Of a stretch of 64,000 nucleotides of DNA, positions 1-14,756 are shown piece by piece (the first letter of the stretch is position 1; the number at the start of each line of letters is the position of its first letter). The notes under the pieces are model-generated. The model saw only the letters and a program-made list of their open reading frames with translations. It searched no databases and was not told where the DNA came from. The translations under genes were made by a program, and so were the position numbers. Source of the stretch: Camelus dromedarius (Eukaryota); contig NC_087447.1 in the NCBI RefSeq assembly GCF_036321535.1, positions 51,586,001 through 51,650,000 of the forward strand. Direction: 5' to 3'.

Positions 1-556
1 CCCTTTCGCAATATTGAAAAAAACAAAACAAAAGGGGGGGGAGGGACCAAAGGCCAAATTTCATTTATTAATATTTCAAAAACCTTCAGTACTCACAAAT
101 AAAATCCAGACACTTCAGAAAAATAATTCAAGAACCACACAGAACTTGGCTTTACAGCCTGGAAGGCAAATTTGTTTTCATAACCTGGCAAAGACACTTA
201 TTACCTGTATGAACTCAAACAAATTACTTTTTTTCTGTGTAAAACTCCAGGGTTGAACAAATTGATCCCTAAGATCCCTTCCTGCTGTAATATCCTATGA
301 CTCACTAGAAGAATTAAGGAATTAAATTAAATCACAGGCTGAAAAGAATTCTTCACTAGTTAGTCCCTGCCTTATCTATAGCCACTTCCCTTTCCTCTTC
401 CATCTCTCAACTGTAAGTTGTATTACAATGAATTCCTCCCAATTTCTTGAATATATCATATTCAGTTTTACCTCTGGATCCTTAGACATTGCTCCCTCTG
501 TTTTGTACCCTTCCACCTGACCGTCAATGCCACTCCTTCCTAAGAAAATGCCTCAT

Positions 557-630
557 GCACCTGAATCTAATATAATGTTGTAAGTCAACTATACTCTCAT
601 CATTAAAAAAAAAAGATAAGAAAAAAAAAA
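557..630 (+). mobile_element. Extremely 5'-truncated L1 3' end with A-tail
   Basis: cacctgaatctaatataatgttgtaagtcaactatact plus A-rich tail; degenerate TSD gaaaatgcctcat / ggaaatgtttcat. Confidence 0.75.
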
Positions 631-944
631 GGGAAATGTTTCATTCAGTCCTACTTCTCCAAGAGTCCACTATAGCATTCCTTCTTTCTTCTCTATCTCC
701 CCAACCATACCTCAGATAATTCAGGTTAGATACTCTCTGTACTCCCAGGGCATCCTGTCCTTTCCTGATAGTGGCAATACTAAGCTTTATTCAAATTTCC
801 TGTTTAACAGTCAGTCTCCTCCATCTTGGGGGAGTTGTATGATGGGAAGGTAGAACTAGGCTTCCTGTACACTATTTTATTATCAGTACCTGGTGGTACT
901 CAGTATGTGTTGATGAAGAAATGAGTAACAAACTGATCACTCAC

Positions 945-1150
945 CTCTAACACAGCAAGGACAGTGTCAAGCTGATCCTCTCGAAGAGTGATATTGTTAG
1001 AGATTTTTCTCATCGTGTGTATGGACTGCAGACGTACTTCCTCAATTTCATCATTAAACATGTCAACCAAGAAGTCAAGGCACTTCTCAGCAAAAGAGGG
1101 TGAAGACTGGGCCAGCATGCAGAGAGCCTCTACAGCAGCAATGCGGACCT
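945..1150 (-). CDS. INTS4: INTS4 exon 11 ([24 protein letters not shown]...TVLAVLE); gene continues beyond the left edge
   Basis: Acceptor ttctccag|, donor GAG|GTGAGT, 206 nt; exons 1-11 sum to 1374 nt in frame. Confidence 0.96.
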
Positions 1151-3749
1151 CTGGAGAAAAGGAGACAAGTAAAACTGAACATCAGGTTAAGACTCATGGG
1201 AAAAATTCAGGGATGATTTCTTCTCACTAACGTTTGTCTTTCCCTCTCTCCTCCTCTTACCTACAAACTCTCTGGGAGATCTCCTTCATGCCTGCAGATT
1301 GCACAATCATCTTCACATGGACTTACAAACAAGGGCTTTGGTATCACAGGGATGAAGGTTAAGATCCTGACTCCACAGACATGTGATCAAGTCACATGCC
1401 TATCTCCATTAATAGAATTTCTTGAAAACTATGTTGTCTTATTTATCTCAGTATTCCAGCCATAGTAAAGTACTATTTTAAAATGCAGCTTGTAAATATT
1501 AGTATTATTATTAAGATTAAAATAGGCTTAATATCATTATTCTTATTTTAGAGATAAGATTCAGCAAAGTGAAGAAACTTTCCTCAAAGTGAGTGAGAGC
1601 AGAGATAAGTACTCAGGTCTGCTAATTCTAGGCTAGAATTAAAGGTTAAGGGTGTCTGCTGTGGAATGATAGAGGTCTCACAATGAATTGTGAAAAGTAA
1701 TCCATCCAATAACTTGGAGGGTGATCTTGTATAAGTAACTTAACTTTCTAGTACCTTAATTTTCTCACCTATTAAATGGAGATCATACCCATTTTCTTAC
1801 ATAGTTAGGAGGAATAAATGACATAGTGTAGGTAAAGCACATTGCACACTGCCTGGCATATGTTGAAAGCTCAATAAATACTAGCTATGATATAGGTATG
1901 GGTCTTGTAAGCACCTTGGAAACAGAGGCATGTCCTCTACCTCCTGCATGTGCAGAACATGTAACAGTAAAGACACTGAATCCAGGAAGCCCTTCATTCA
2001 TTCACTAACTATGTTTCCTGAATGTGCACGACATGCCCGGCCCTGTGCTAAGTGTTGGGATACAGAGATGAGAGATGGGTAAGCTACAGACAATGCTCAC
2101 AAGCCTTCCACACATGCTTGTTTTGTTCCAGTAGTTCCCACATGGTTCTGCAACAAAATGTACAGTTTAAAAAAAAAAAGAAAAGAAAGGAAAAACATTC
2201 AAATTGGGGTTAAAACTCATAAATATAGCTTGCTTTTAAGAAAGGTTTTATAGACACTTTAAAAGCAGAGTTAGTACATTAAAGGGAGACAACTCAGATT
2301 ATTCTTAGTAGTTATGAATTCCTCCATTTCACCAGAATGGAAGAATTTGCTCTACCTCACAGTAATATAATTTAAATATGAAATTGCTAATAATTACAAA
2401 GCCAGCCAGAGATGGACCCGAATGTGTTAACCGGATCTTCTTCCTAGGGCTTTATCCATTACACAGCACTAACTCACGTGTAACTCTTCCAAGTCTATCA
2501 AGGGAATTAGAGAAACTTCTGATTAGCACAAGATAATCAGTATGACCTGTGCTGATGCAATTCCAAGCAGAGGCAAAGAAACTTGGTATTTTACTGTGCA
2601 GGTACAGCCTGGCTACAGGTAGACAAATTAACAATTTCTACTGGACTTTTTGGAATGCTGCAATCAGATCCTAGTTTTGCCACTTATTGGCTTTATCCTT
2701 AGCACTGAAGATAGACAGATGAACAAGAACAAGCCTGTCTCTCAGCAACTAGACTAGAACAGTTAATTGCATGACATAGTGATGAATGGTACAATGAAAA
2801 AGCACAGGGAATACTAGAAAATGCAGAAGCAGCACATAGCCCACTCAACAGGATCAGAGGCAGCTCTGCAGAACAAGTGACCCCAAAAATAATACCTGAA
2901 GGAGTTGTTAGGCCAAAATAAAAAGGCCTCTCTAGGCAGAGAAACAAAATGTAAAGCCCCAGAAGGGAGGGAGAACACAGGACAAGAGGAGTAAAATTAT
3001 GTGTGATACTACATTAGAGTCTATAGCCAATAAAATAAGGCTCCATTTCACTTTCAGCAAATGTGTCCCTAAACCCCTGATTTACCCAGAATTATGTGAC
3101 TGATTAAATTAGAAAGCTGCCATACCTGATGCTGGTTATGATTTACTCACTTTCTAAAGTTAAGTTCCTTTAATTAAACTCCAGTAACAAACTAAAACCT
3201 GTAGAATTAAACCACATAAACATTAACGCCAATGAAATTCAATTGTAGAAACTAAACAAAGCAAAACTGCTAATAAAAACAAAATAAAATAGGTTCCAGT
3301 TACTTGTTTTAGAATAAAGTGAGTTTTAATAACTGGACTTCCTTATTATCTAATACTATTTATAGTTTTAATTCATGTATCAAGTTTATAGAGAACAAAA
3401 AAGCAGAGGTAGCTCTAATTTCTACATATACAGAAAATCTTACAGCAAATTGGATAGAGTTACCCAATTCTTACATTTACTACTAGAAAACTGTCTTTCA
3501 AAAGTAATTCTCATGCCCTTCTAAGAAGTTCTATTCTAAGGTGTCATTTTTTTATAGGAATTTTAAGGACCTGAGTTCTAATCCTCTGACATAAATTTAC
3601 TATAAAATTTGGACAATCAAAATTATCTCCCCAGGTCTGTTATCCTCCGTGAAAATGAAAAGGTTGGAAAGGTTGTCAAAGCATTGACAGTCTGTGATCT
3701 AAGTGAGATAGATAGCATCATGTTGTGGAGATCATAAAAGCTTTGCAAG

Positions 3750-5225
3750 GACTTCTATCACTAGCTAAAATGGAGTAACAAGGGCCAGGTTTATCTTTCT
3801 GTCAGAAACAAGTAAAGACAGAGACAAAATACATGAAACAAAAATACTCAACACACTACACATCAAGCAATAAAAGGTAGTGATCCCTGAGCAACAGGAA
3901 ATAAATGAGATAGGCTCTATGATTATATAAGTTTATTGTGTGTAGAGTTTCCAGGTTGCAGGTCTCCCTGAGTTGAGAAGACAGAGCTGGGGGCCTAGAA
4001 AGGCCAACATGGCTAGAGTTCACAGGGCAAAGTACCAGAAAGAAGAGAAGTGCACAGAGAGAGCAAGCTTGGAAGATCTGCAGGGGGTCCTCCTCAAGTT
4101 TTTAGCTAAGCTCTGATCTGTAAAGAAATTACCCAAGGTCTGAGAAAGGACCCCTCAACAAGATTTGGGGGAATAATCTCTAAAGCTCACACATGGTCTA
4201 CCATAGTTGTTTCAGCAGTGGAGAAAAATAATCCCTAGCCTAATGTGCCACCTAACAAAGCTTAAAAATAAAATGTGAACTAACTGTATCCTAGAACAAA
4301 GCTCAAGAACATTTATAGGAATATAACAATGCTCATCACTCAAGGAAGTAAAATTCACAGTTCTGGCATCCTATCAAAAATGACCAGGCATGCATAAAAG
4401 CAGGAAAGCAGAACTCATAATGAAGAGGAAAATCTATCAATCAAAACCAAGAAATCACATAAATAAAAGAGCCAGAAGACCAGGACATTAGGACTGTTAT
4501 TAGGACTGCTGACAAAACTAGAGAAAAGATGAAGCATATTAAGCAGAGACATGGAAGATACTAAACAAACCGAAATTCTAATCAAACTTCTAGGAACGAA
4601 AACTACAATGTCTGAGATGAAAAATACACTGGATGGGATTACCATCAAATGAGACACTGCAGAAGAAAAGAAAAAGATTAGAGAACTCCAAGGCAAAGCA
4701 ATAATTATTATTCAAAATGAAACAAAGAGAAAAAAAAGACTAGTAACCAAAAGAAAAAAAAAAAGAGTGGAGCACCTGTGAGCTGTCAGACAACCTCAGC
4801 AGCCTGATTTATGTGTAATTGTAATATCCAAAGGAGCATGGGGCCAGAAAAATATTTAAAGAAATAGTGGCCAAAGATTTTCCAAATTTGATGAAAACTA
4901 TAAACCTATAGCTTCAAGAAGCTCAACAAACTCCAAGTATAAGAAATATGAAGAAAATTACCCAAAGACATGTTATAATTAAAGCACTTAAAAATCAGTG
5001 ATAAAGAGAAAATCTTAAAAGCAGCTAGAGAAAAAGACGTATCATGCACAGAAGAATAAAGATTTTAAATGATAGCAGACTTCTCAACAGAAAAATGTAA
5101 ACTGGAAAACTGTGGAACAAAACCTTTAAAGAAAAAAACAACAAGAAAAGATTAATCTAGAATTTGATTCCCAGTGAAAATATCTTTCAAAAATGAAGGT
5201 TAAAGAAAGTCTTTATTAGTCATAC
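3750..5225 (+). mobile_element. Old L1M 5'UTR/ORF1 remnant
   Basis: A-rich, with decayed ORF1-like text (ttccaaatttgatgaaaactataaacc...gagaaaatcttaaaagcagctagag); boundaries approximate. Confidence 0.75.
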
Positions 5226-5686
5226 AAATGCTTTAAAAGTCAGACTAATCTGGATTTACATCTTGCATCTGTCTCTCATTAGATGGATGACTAATAACAA
5301 GGTATTACTGTTATCAGTATCAATAATATCAATTTTTACTACCACTTATTAAGTGCTTACCATAAGTGGGTCACCTACTATGACAGTGTTCCATGTACAC
5401 ATAATCCCATTTAATTCTCACAATACAAAAACATTATTAACCTTGTTTTACAGAAATGCTAGAATTAGAACCTAAATTGACTAAACTCAAAGTCTATATG
5501 CTCTTTACCCTGTATCATACCACATGAGCCTCAGCCTTTTCTGTTCATAAAATTAAAATAATAGTAGGTACATTACAGACTATGAAGATCAAACGAGACA
5601 ATGTGTGTATATCACCCAGTACAACACCAGACACATAGCAGTCACTCAGTAAATGGGCACTGATATTATCACTCAGCCATACTTAC

Positions 5687-5861
5687 CATACATCTCATCT
5701 TCCAATCCATGAACAAAGGCTCCGCAAGCTCCTGACTCTATCAAGTTCACAGCCCCCGTATCTATTTCTTCCTTGGGAGCATCATCTCCCCACTTCCTGC
5801 CACTGGAAAACTCCCCTGAGCTGTAAAGTTCCTTGGCGCGCTCATGTGCAGTGCGTTTCCT
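5687..5861 (-). CDS. INTS4: INTS4 exon 10 (RKRTAHERAKELYSSGEFSSGRKWGDD...EDEMY)
   Basis: Acceptor ttcacag|, donor TATG|GTAAGT, 175 nt. Confidence 0.96.
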
Positions 5862-7677
5862 CTGTGAAAGACAACAAATACCATTTGCTGAAGGTTCAGA
5901 GGGAGCAGTTAAGTTTCACTCCAAGAACATGAGAAGGCAGAAATAAGACTGCTGAGAGTCATATTAAAAATAAATAGATAAAAACCTCAATAGGTCAGAG
6001 CAGAGAAATGCAAACTCAACTTAAAGTAAGACCAAGGTTCTCGGGTCTATCATAGCTGATAGTAACCGTGTAAAAGATGGTAACTTTATTAAAGATAGCA
6101 CAAAAATGTTATCAGACAAGTAGTTACGTTTGCCATGGCAACACAGCAAAGGGAGAATCACAGAGATAAATAATGGCAATGTCCCTCCAAGCACCATCCT
6201 GGGTAGACAACATATTGGCCCTAGAAAAAAACTGTTTTCAGTCCCATAGAAGTAAGTCTCTAAGTGACAACACTGAGCTCACTATTTGAGGAACACTGCT
6301 CACCAAGCAACGTTCCAGTAAACTCACTTTCTGCACAGACTACCTAAAGGAGAATATACTAGTCATCTAAAGTAAATATTGAGTTCCCTTGACAGTTAAC
6401 AGTTCCCTTCATAAATGAATAAACTGGCATTCTGCTTTAGACATTAGCCTCTATGAACCTTCCTGGTGTGACTCCACTTCCTCATGACTGATCATCTCAA
6501 AGGCACTGATGAAATACAGCACCTGAGTTTACAAGGACATGGGTCAGATCAGACCCAGCAGTAAAGTTTGTACCTTGCAATGTGTCTTAGAAACCCTTGC
6601 ATTACCTATCCCTCACCATTCACTATAAGCGTGTCATTTTTCACACTTCCACCCCAGTATACACAAAGAACACAAGCAATCACCAGCCTCAAATAGCGGC
6701 AATGGCCTTCAAGAAAGCAATATGGCAATGTTTCATGATGCACAGATAGCAACTCCTCAACCATTCTTAAGAATTTATCTTATGGAATAACTCAAAAGAA
6801 GAAAAGATCTAATATCCATGAAGATGATACATTTGATGTCATTTATAATGGTGGAAAAATTAAGGAGAATCTAAATGTATAATAAAGGACTAAAAAATGA
6901 TGGCACACCTACTTAACAGAATATTATGCTATCAGTAAAAATGGTTAAGTATGAACTTAACAATATGAAAAAAAAGCATATGATGTAGCAGTAAATGTAA
7001 AAAGTGTAAACTACAAAATTATCTGTATATAATGATTCAATGTTTAAAACATGCATAGGAAAAAGAGCTGGAGAGAAATATACCAAAATGATGAAAGTCA
7101 CTGTGTTAGAGTAATGGGAATACGGGTGAACTGTTTCCCTTTTTGTCTACTTATCAAAGATTCTGTGACTCTTTATTAAAACTTTTATAATTTAAAATTA
7201 AGGTACTGACAATGAATGTTCCTATCACATTCTCAGACTCATATATGTTCCCCACAACTATGTCAGAGAACTATCACAGTCAAAGCTTAAGGGCATTCTG
7301 TAAGAGGCATTTTGTTACTGTTCAGAGAAAGGATTTACTCACTCCTCCATGGGAACTGCTATTGAAAAGGAGTCCTAAGATGTCATACAACCTCACAAAA
7401 TAAGACCAAACCTTTATAGTTTCTAACAAATAGAATGTTAATCTTGCCTCTTCTTGTAAAACACAACCTGTGCAAAGTATTTCACTGTAATAACTTAAAA
7501 TTTAATGAAGTAACTTGCAATTTGATTCAAGTTACTAAGATTTTAAATTAAAATAAAATCTAGTCACCCTACATTAACTTAACAAATTCATGGGCTGTAA
7601 AATTAAATCAACACGACTTGGCATACAGCAACATTGATTTTGGTTACAGAAACCCAGTTTAAACAAATTTAAGTTAC

Positions 7678-7749
7678 CCTCAGATCTGACATCAGCTTCT
7701 TGTCAAGTGTCTGCTCCAAGAAATGAGAACTGACTTGCTCCATAGAGCC
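7678..7749 (-). CDS. INTS4: INTS4 exon 9 (GSMEQVSSHFLEQTLDKKLMSDLR)
   Basis: Acceptor tttgtag|, donor AGG|GTAACT, 72 nt. Confidence 0.95.
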
Positions 7750-10700
7750 CTACAAAAAGAAACAATCCAGAGCAAATTAAACAACTTTTAAGACCTGAGG
7801 ATCATCTTAAAATTCATAGTTTTAAGCCAACTGAGTTACATAAAGATAACATTATTCTTGATAATAAAGATGCCCATGGCTTCCGAATCATGAGGAAAAT
7901 AATAAAAACATTAGTAGCAGTAGCTAGCACCTAAATAGAGCTTACTATGTGTCGTGCATTGTTCTGAGTGTCTTACACATATATTAACTCATTTAACCCT
8001 CACTACAATCCTACAAAGTAAATACTATTATTAGTCCCATTTCATTTAAGGGGAAAAGAAGACACACAAAAAAAGCAACAATTCATTCAAGGTGACAAAG
8101 AGTGTAAATTATAGAGCTGGGCTATACCAAGGCTTCAGAATCCTCTGCCTTAACACTACTGTCCTCTGTCTCTCTATTCCTTTTCATTTTAATCTTTCTA
8201 TTCTTTGTCTATTCATTCAATAAAACAAGTATTTATTTAGCAACCCTTCAATTATATGCCTACCGTTACCAGGAACAGAAATACAAAAAAATAGACATCA
8301 ATTCTATACCCAACAGTCTCACAGACTAGTGAGAGAAACTGACAATTAAAGAGACAACTGCATTATGGTATGAAATTTTATAATACACATTTATAAAGGC
8401 TGCTATGGGAACTTACAGAAAAGTAGTATGGGGTGGAAGCAGCGAGAGGTATATCTGGGGAACTGGAGATCACAATGACAAATGCATAAATACAAAATGT
8501 TACGTGGGAAACATCAAGTGGTTCTATGAATGAAACACAGGATGGGGATACCAAAAATGAGGCAAGACAGATAGGCAGAGATCAGATCATAAAGAACTTT
8601 GTTTGCTATGGTAAGGGGTTTGCCTATGAATAACAACTAGATAATCGCTATTAAATATTTAATGAGCTCAACAATGTATAAAATATTTGTATTTTAAAAA
8701 TTTATTCCCCCCAATAACCCTATGAAGAATGCAAATTATCCTCTTTTTTTGGATGAGAAATTGAGGCTGAGAGATTTGATAACTTGCTCATTTCAAATAA
8801 GGGAGAAACAGTCAGATTTACACCTCACAAACATCATTGTGACAGCAATGTGGCTAATGGACCAGAAGGAATCAAAATGAAGGAGAGAACAGTTAGGAGA
8901 CTGAAGCAGGTCCCAGACATTCTTATGGAATATACTAGAAACCTGAAGCCTCTACTTCCCAAGTTTATACAGGCTCAGACTTTTTCTTCCATCACATATT
9001 CCAGAGAAAATTTCATGTTCTTTGGTAATATTCTTACCCAAGTTAACATCTTTCTTACAATTCTAGGAGAGTAATTGTACTGTTCTACCTTAAGTAGTTT
9101 CAAAACCACTTTTTCTTATCTCTACACAGTACAGTTTGTTACATACGGTCTGAGCCAATATCAAATGTAACATTCATTTTTTAATGCAAAACATCGATTT
9201 TATGAATAAGAAGTATATATTTTTAACAGGCACTTCTTTTTTCTACAAAGAAGGAAAGTTTTAATGACTTCATAGTAAGTTACTCTAACCCAGTCTTAAT
9301 GTCCTCCTCCCATGCCTTGAGGTGACACTCTCCCAGGACAGTAGCAAAGGAGGGGTACTATTCAAATCCCAGCCTCAAAAAAATTACATATAATTATTTG
9401 TAACATGTTTACAGTGTTACATAGAAATAGCTGAAGCTTTCCATTTTAAATCTGCAAATACCAAAAACCATATAGCATAGTAATCCACTTGAAAAACAGT
9501 GAGATCTGAAGTAGTACAGGCCCAGTGGAAATAGAGAAGGGATAGAGTCAAGGTATGTCAAGAAGGCAGTCTTGGTAAGAGTTGATGACTCAGTGGATAT
9601 GGGACACAGAGAAAATTCTCAAATGTCTCTGGGTTCATGACAGAGTAAACGATGGCACAGGAGGGACAGATATGGACCAAAAAGATAATGAGTTCATCAT
9701 AAAGTACATCTCATCAATCAGAAAAACACCTACATTCTTGTTTACTTTAACCAAGACAAACATATTCAGGTAAGATCTCTCCAACTGTACTACTACCACT
9801 ACTTAACAATCTATGTTTATAATACTAAGAAAACTGATATTTAATAAACAAGTGCATCAAACCTGCTCTTAGAGCAAAAACTGCTCAATTAGTATAACAA
9901 TGTAAGTCTATGTAATCTTTGTCTATTCCAATTTTAAGGCTCCTAGCCTCTATCCAATTACATGATAAAAAGAGAAGCAGACAAAAAAAAAAAAAAAAAG
10001 ATGGATTATTCTGTGAGACATAAAACTGCCACTGACTAGGACATCTTCATTTGCCCTGGGAAAGACTAGTCTTGGGCAGACTTACAGATATAAAACCTAC
10101 AATCTAACTGTCTGAAAATGTTATAATTTTTAAGGCCAAAGACTTATGGGGGCTTACAAGTAAGGTTTAACTCTTTTTGAATAAGATAAATAACTTAACA
10201 TCTTAAAAAGAAATCACTGAACTAAGGACTCTATTCCAGACAGGCTGCGAATCACCATAATTAATTTCAAAGTAGTAACTGTATTCTAAATAGTCCAATG
10301 GAACTATGTTCTTGAAAGTCAAGTTTCTTTGCCCCATTAGGGAAGTTATAGATAACCAAAAACCAATCTTTTACATGGTTTTGAATTTTCTGATATAGCT
10401 CATATCTGAAATTTTTCATCCTGCTATAAGCCAAGGAGAATGGGGACTATTCATTTTTTGTACTAGACTGAAGTCTAAAGCTTTATCATTTCAAGTTCTT
10501 GAAAACCTGGCTTCTGCTTTCCTCTCGAGCTTTATCTTGTCACACATCACCCACACTGAGCATTATCTCCCACACCAGTAAGTACTAAATTGCTTGTAGT
10601 TTAATATGACAGTATAGTTTACTTTGATGTTAGTATGCATGGTAGTATATGCCTATATCTCTGCTCATATTTTCTCCTTCCCTACCTCTTTACCTACCTA

Positions 10701-12680
10701 ACCCATTTTCAAAATCAGCTAAGAAATCACTTCTTACATGAAGTCTTCTGTGGCTATGTTTTGCACTCTTTCCTAGGAGTACCAGGTATTGTAACTGACT
10801 GCCTATGTCAAACTACCTATCAACTCTTTTGAAGACACAGACTATACTCAGGGTTTGTTGACTTGATGAACATGTGGTCAAAAGACCATATGCAGTTCAC
10901 CTGATCATAGGTCTGTCTCCTGAAGAGTTGGAGCAGGGGAGTTCACCTCAGCTTACACAAAGGAACTAGTAAACCAGCAGGATCTTAACCACACAACCAC
11001 AGCTCCCAGTGTATAACTGGACCTTCACCAGGAAGGAATTCTACATGGGTTTTAGATTATGAAGTGTCATTTACCATCTTTGGCAAATGACACCACTTTT
11101 TCTAAACCTTAGTTTTATTATTTATAAGATGAATAATATAATACCTACCTCAAGAAGTTTAAATGAATTAAAAATTATTCACAAAAAGTGAGTATGTATA
11201 TGAGTGTATATATGTAGGCATACATACATGTGTGCCTGGGTATAAGGAAGTGGGTGTGTATGCATGTATGACTAAAAGTTCCTGGCTTAGCAGGCTAGGA
11301 ACTCTATAAACAGTTAACAAGTATTATTACTAGCAAGATCAGATTATTAATTACTTTTGAAATATATACATAATAATTTATATAATTTGGAGTTGTTTGG
11401 ATTTGAAATCACTGAAATTACAAAACAAAGCACTTGACTCAAGACAGAGTCATCTAAGTAAAAACCCTTTCAATTCACCACTGTAATTCATTATTCATAT
11501 AGCTTTACATAAATCACTATTACATTCTATGGGGTACAAAATTGAAAAATTTGAATGACTCTGCCTTAAGGACTACTTTTCTAAACTGCCTACTCAGATG
11601 ACAATATATTATTGAATTATTCCTCTAAGACATCCCCTCACACACATATACATACACAGCACACTGCAGATGCTCAGTACATGTTGAATAAAAGAATCTG
11701 ATGAATGATTGAATTGTTCTGAATTTTAAAATATCCACAAACCAAAACAAAGCTTTAAAATGTGAATTCAAAAAAAAAAAATCACTAATAACTGGCTTGT
11801 TTTACTCTGTATTTTATTATGGGCAAGCAATATAATTTATAGGCAGGAAACAGAATCTCCTATTTTCTTGCTGTGACATTAATACAAATTTTTATAGACA
11901 CTTGTATGTATTTATATATTATAGCCACCCACCACCTTGCACAGTGTAGTACTTTACAATTTATACACATTTCCATAGACAGACTCTCATTTGAGCATCA
12001 TGACAATCCCATGAGGTAAACATGAGATATTACAATCCATTTAACAGATAAGGAAAGGAAACTAAGACTAAGTGACATGTCCAATATAACACAGCTATAA
12101 AATAAGGCTGAGTATTAGGCCAACACTCCTTCTATAAAACAGTTCTATCTCTGAAAAGTTAAAAATTTTTTACAAATGTACTATAAGTCCCCAAAAGCAA
12201 AACACTAGGAAAGGACCAGGCTAAAAGTAGGGGAATTAGGTTCTGAATCTCATTTTACAACTTCCTATCTGTGTAAGTTAAATAATTAACTTCTCAGAGC
12301 CTCAGTTTTCTCACCTGGAAAATGGGAATAACAGCATCTACTTTGCTGGGTTACAATAAGAGTAAATGAAATAATAAAAGTGGTCTCATAGGAAAGTATC
12401 TAGGCCATAACAGGTGCTTAGCAATGGTAACAATTATTTTTATTATTATTTTCCTTTTTCTCTAGACTTTGGCTGTCTAATATACTAACAGGATTAAACA
12501 GGATTATTTTTTAAATTCTTTCTAGTTCTAAAAAGACTACTTCTCCACAGGAAAGTGAGCCATTTCTATCTTAAGAAATACTAGGGTTTCTAAAAGTGAG
12601 TTACACCTGTCCCTACCTAGTCTCTCAAAATGTTTGTACAAATGTAACAGGCAATGAGTTCATTAAAGAAACTAACTTAC

Positions 12681-12801
12681 CAACAGCTTTGCAGCTTGAA
12701 CACGAACTACCCAGGAGCCATCACTAACCATGTGACAAATTTTTCCAAAAGCATCATCAACTAAGCGAATTTCTTCATTAGAAGAAGGGATTGGGACAAT
12801 G
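12681..12801 (-). CDS. INTS4: INTS4 exon 8 (IVPIPSSNEEIRLVDDAF...QAAKLL)
   Basis: Acceptor tttag|, donor TTG|GTAAGT, 121 nt. Confidence 0.95.
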
Positions 12802-13777
12802 CTAAATTAAAAGAAAAGGAAGCACAAATGACAAAACATGAACCTAAAGCTGTAGGTTCAATACACTAAGAATGACCAAAGAAACTGGCACAAAGAGAAA
12901 TGACGGTTGAATTATTCAAATCCTAGAATGATGAAATACATTTCATACTAAACAAATCACTCTGGAATTTATTTATTTTTAGTTGAACTGCAAATTTGTG
13001 TCTTAAATAAAATTGTTTAATGCCAAAGATTCAAAAGATAACAAAAACTAACTACCACAGAGTATTTTATAGCCTTAAGTTTATTCTCTTCTATAATTGC
13101 TTTGCTGCCAATACAGTAAATCTTAGAATAAACCAATATAAAACATACTTGCAAATATGGTCCTAAAAGAAGAGACAATTAGTCTTTTTTTGGGGGGGTG
13201 TCTATAGGTTTATTAACTCATTCTGGTTTTTCAATTTCAGAAGGTAGTTTAATGAAGAGGAAAAAATACTTTATCTTCTCTATAAAAGTAGTTCTTCTAT
13301 AAAATAGAAAAAATAGTATCTGTCTCTTCACCTCAAAGAATCAATGTGAAAATAAATTATTTAATTATTGTGAAAATATTTTTAACCAGGAAAACAATAC
13401 ATAAGGGATCATTATTCTCAAACTCACCTGGTACTTAATCTAGCATTTGTATTTACTAAAATGGGCTCCAAACCGTTTTAAACATTTTATAAGGGGTGGG
13501 CAAAGGTGGGGTGGAAAGTATTTGAGATAGACCGTCCAATCTCTTTATTTATAGATGAGGAGGTTGGGACCCCAGGGCACACAGAAAGTTCACGGCAGAG
13601 CGGAAAAACAAGGATCAGGCATTCTGATTTTCAGGGTCTGTGCTTTTCCCCTATTCCACACCGCCTTTCAAAAGTCTAAACCAACATTCTTTTTCTGGAG
13701 GTGAGCTTTTTGCATGGTGGGAGGAAAGAAAAATTTGGCTTTAGCAATGAACAAAAACTGCTTACACCCACACTGAC

Positions 13778-13866
13778 CTTTCAGGATATAGCTGACTGAC
13801 AACCCAGATAAGCTGGACTGCAGCACTGCGCACTTGTTCATAGTCATCAGAGAGCAATTTACAGGC
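13778..13866 (-). CDS. INTS4: INTS4 exon 7 (ACKLLSDDYEQVRSAAV...LYPES)
   Basis: Acceptor ttgcag|, donor AG|GTCAGT, 89 nt. Confidence 0.96.
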
Positions 13867-14520
13867 CTGCAAACAAGGATTCCAAAAGTCTGTTAGTTCT
13901 GTGTCCTCCCAGGTGATGTTCAAACTATTTTCAAAAGGAAGATAAGGGGGCTGGATAAGGATCCCAATCAAAATACATATGGGTGGTTTTAACTTCTTGA
14001 ACCTTGGCCCAACAAAGAATTCTTGGCCTCTGTCAGCTGCTCCGGCTGTGCTCTGTGTACCCTCCCACTTCATGTCTGAAAGGAGAATCACAGATTCACA
14101 GACAGCAGAAAAGCCATTTAGAATAGCATCAATTGTAGCAAAGCCTGCAGGGAGCCCACAGTGCTGCCCTCACAAGCTCAAACACCAAAGGTAGGTTTTT
14201 TCCCTGTCTGTAAAATCAAAGCACAAATTTCTGACAGTCCATCAGAAAATTCAAGCACTTAAAATGTACAATTTTAAAGATAAGTTGCCAAAAGAGGCCA
14301 AATTTTTGTTTTACTTTGGTCTGAAATGGAATATCCCTACTCCACCCACAGTCATGGCAACACCCCAGACTTCAACAACATTCAGAACTACTCTGTTTTT
14401 GAAATTTTTAAATCTTACATTTCATGTTCTGACCATAACATACTATTCTACTGGTTCCTTAATCTCCATGACTTAACTCATCCCACTGCTCCTCAATCCC
14501 ATTTAACCTATCTGTTGAAC

Positions 14521-14756
14521 CAGGGTTTGTCAACCTTGGCACTATGATGACATTTTGGACTGGGTAACTCTTTGCTGTGAGGAGCTGTCCTGTAAAATGT
14601 AAGATGTTTAGCATCATCCCTAGTCTCAGTCCACTAGATGGTTGCGCAGCACTGCATCCGCTCCCTCTCCCCAGCAAGTGCATAGTGAAAAATATCTCCA
14701 GACATTGACAAATGTTCCCAGGAGGGGGGGGGGGTCATCCCGGTTGACAACCACTG
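14521..14756. mobile_element. MER20-like hAT-Charlie non-autonomous DNA transposon
   Basis: TIRs CAGGGTTTGTCAACC / GGTTGACAACCACTG; internal text as recalled for MER20. Confidence 0.85.

Noticed and set aside
13867..14091. 75-codon in-frame upstream extension of INTS4 exon 7
   Set aside because: The canonical acceptor at 13867 fits the protein; the upstream AG at 14076 is out of phase with exon 6
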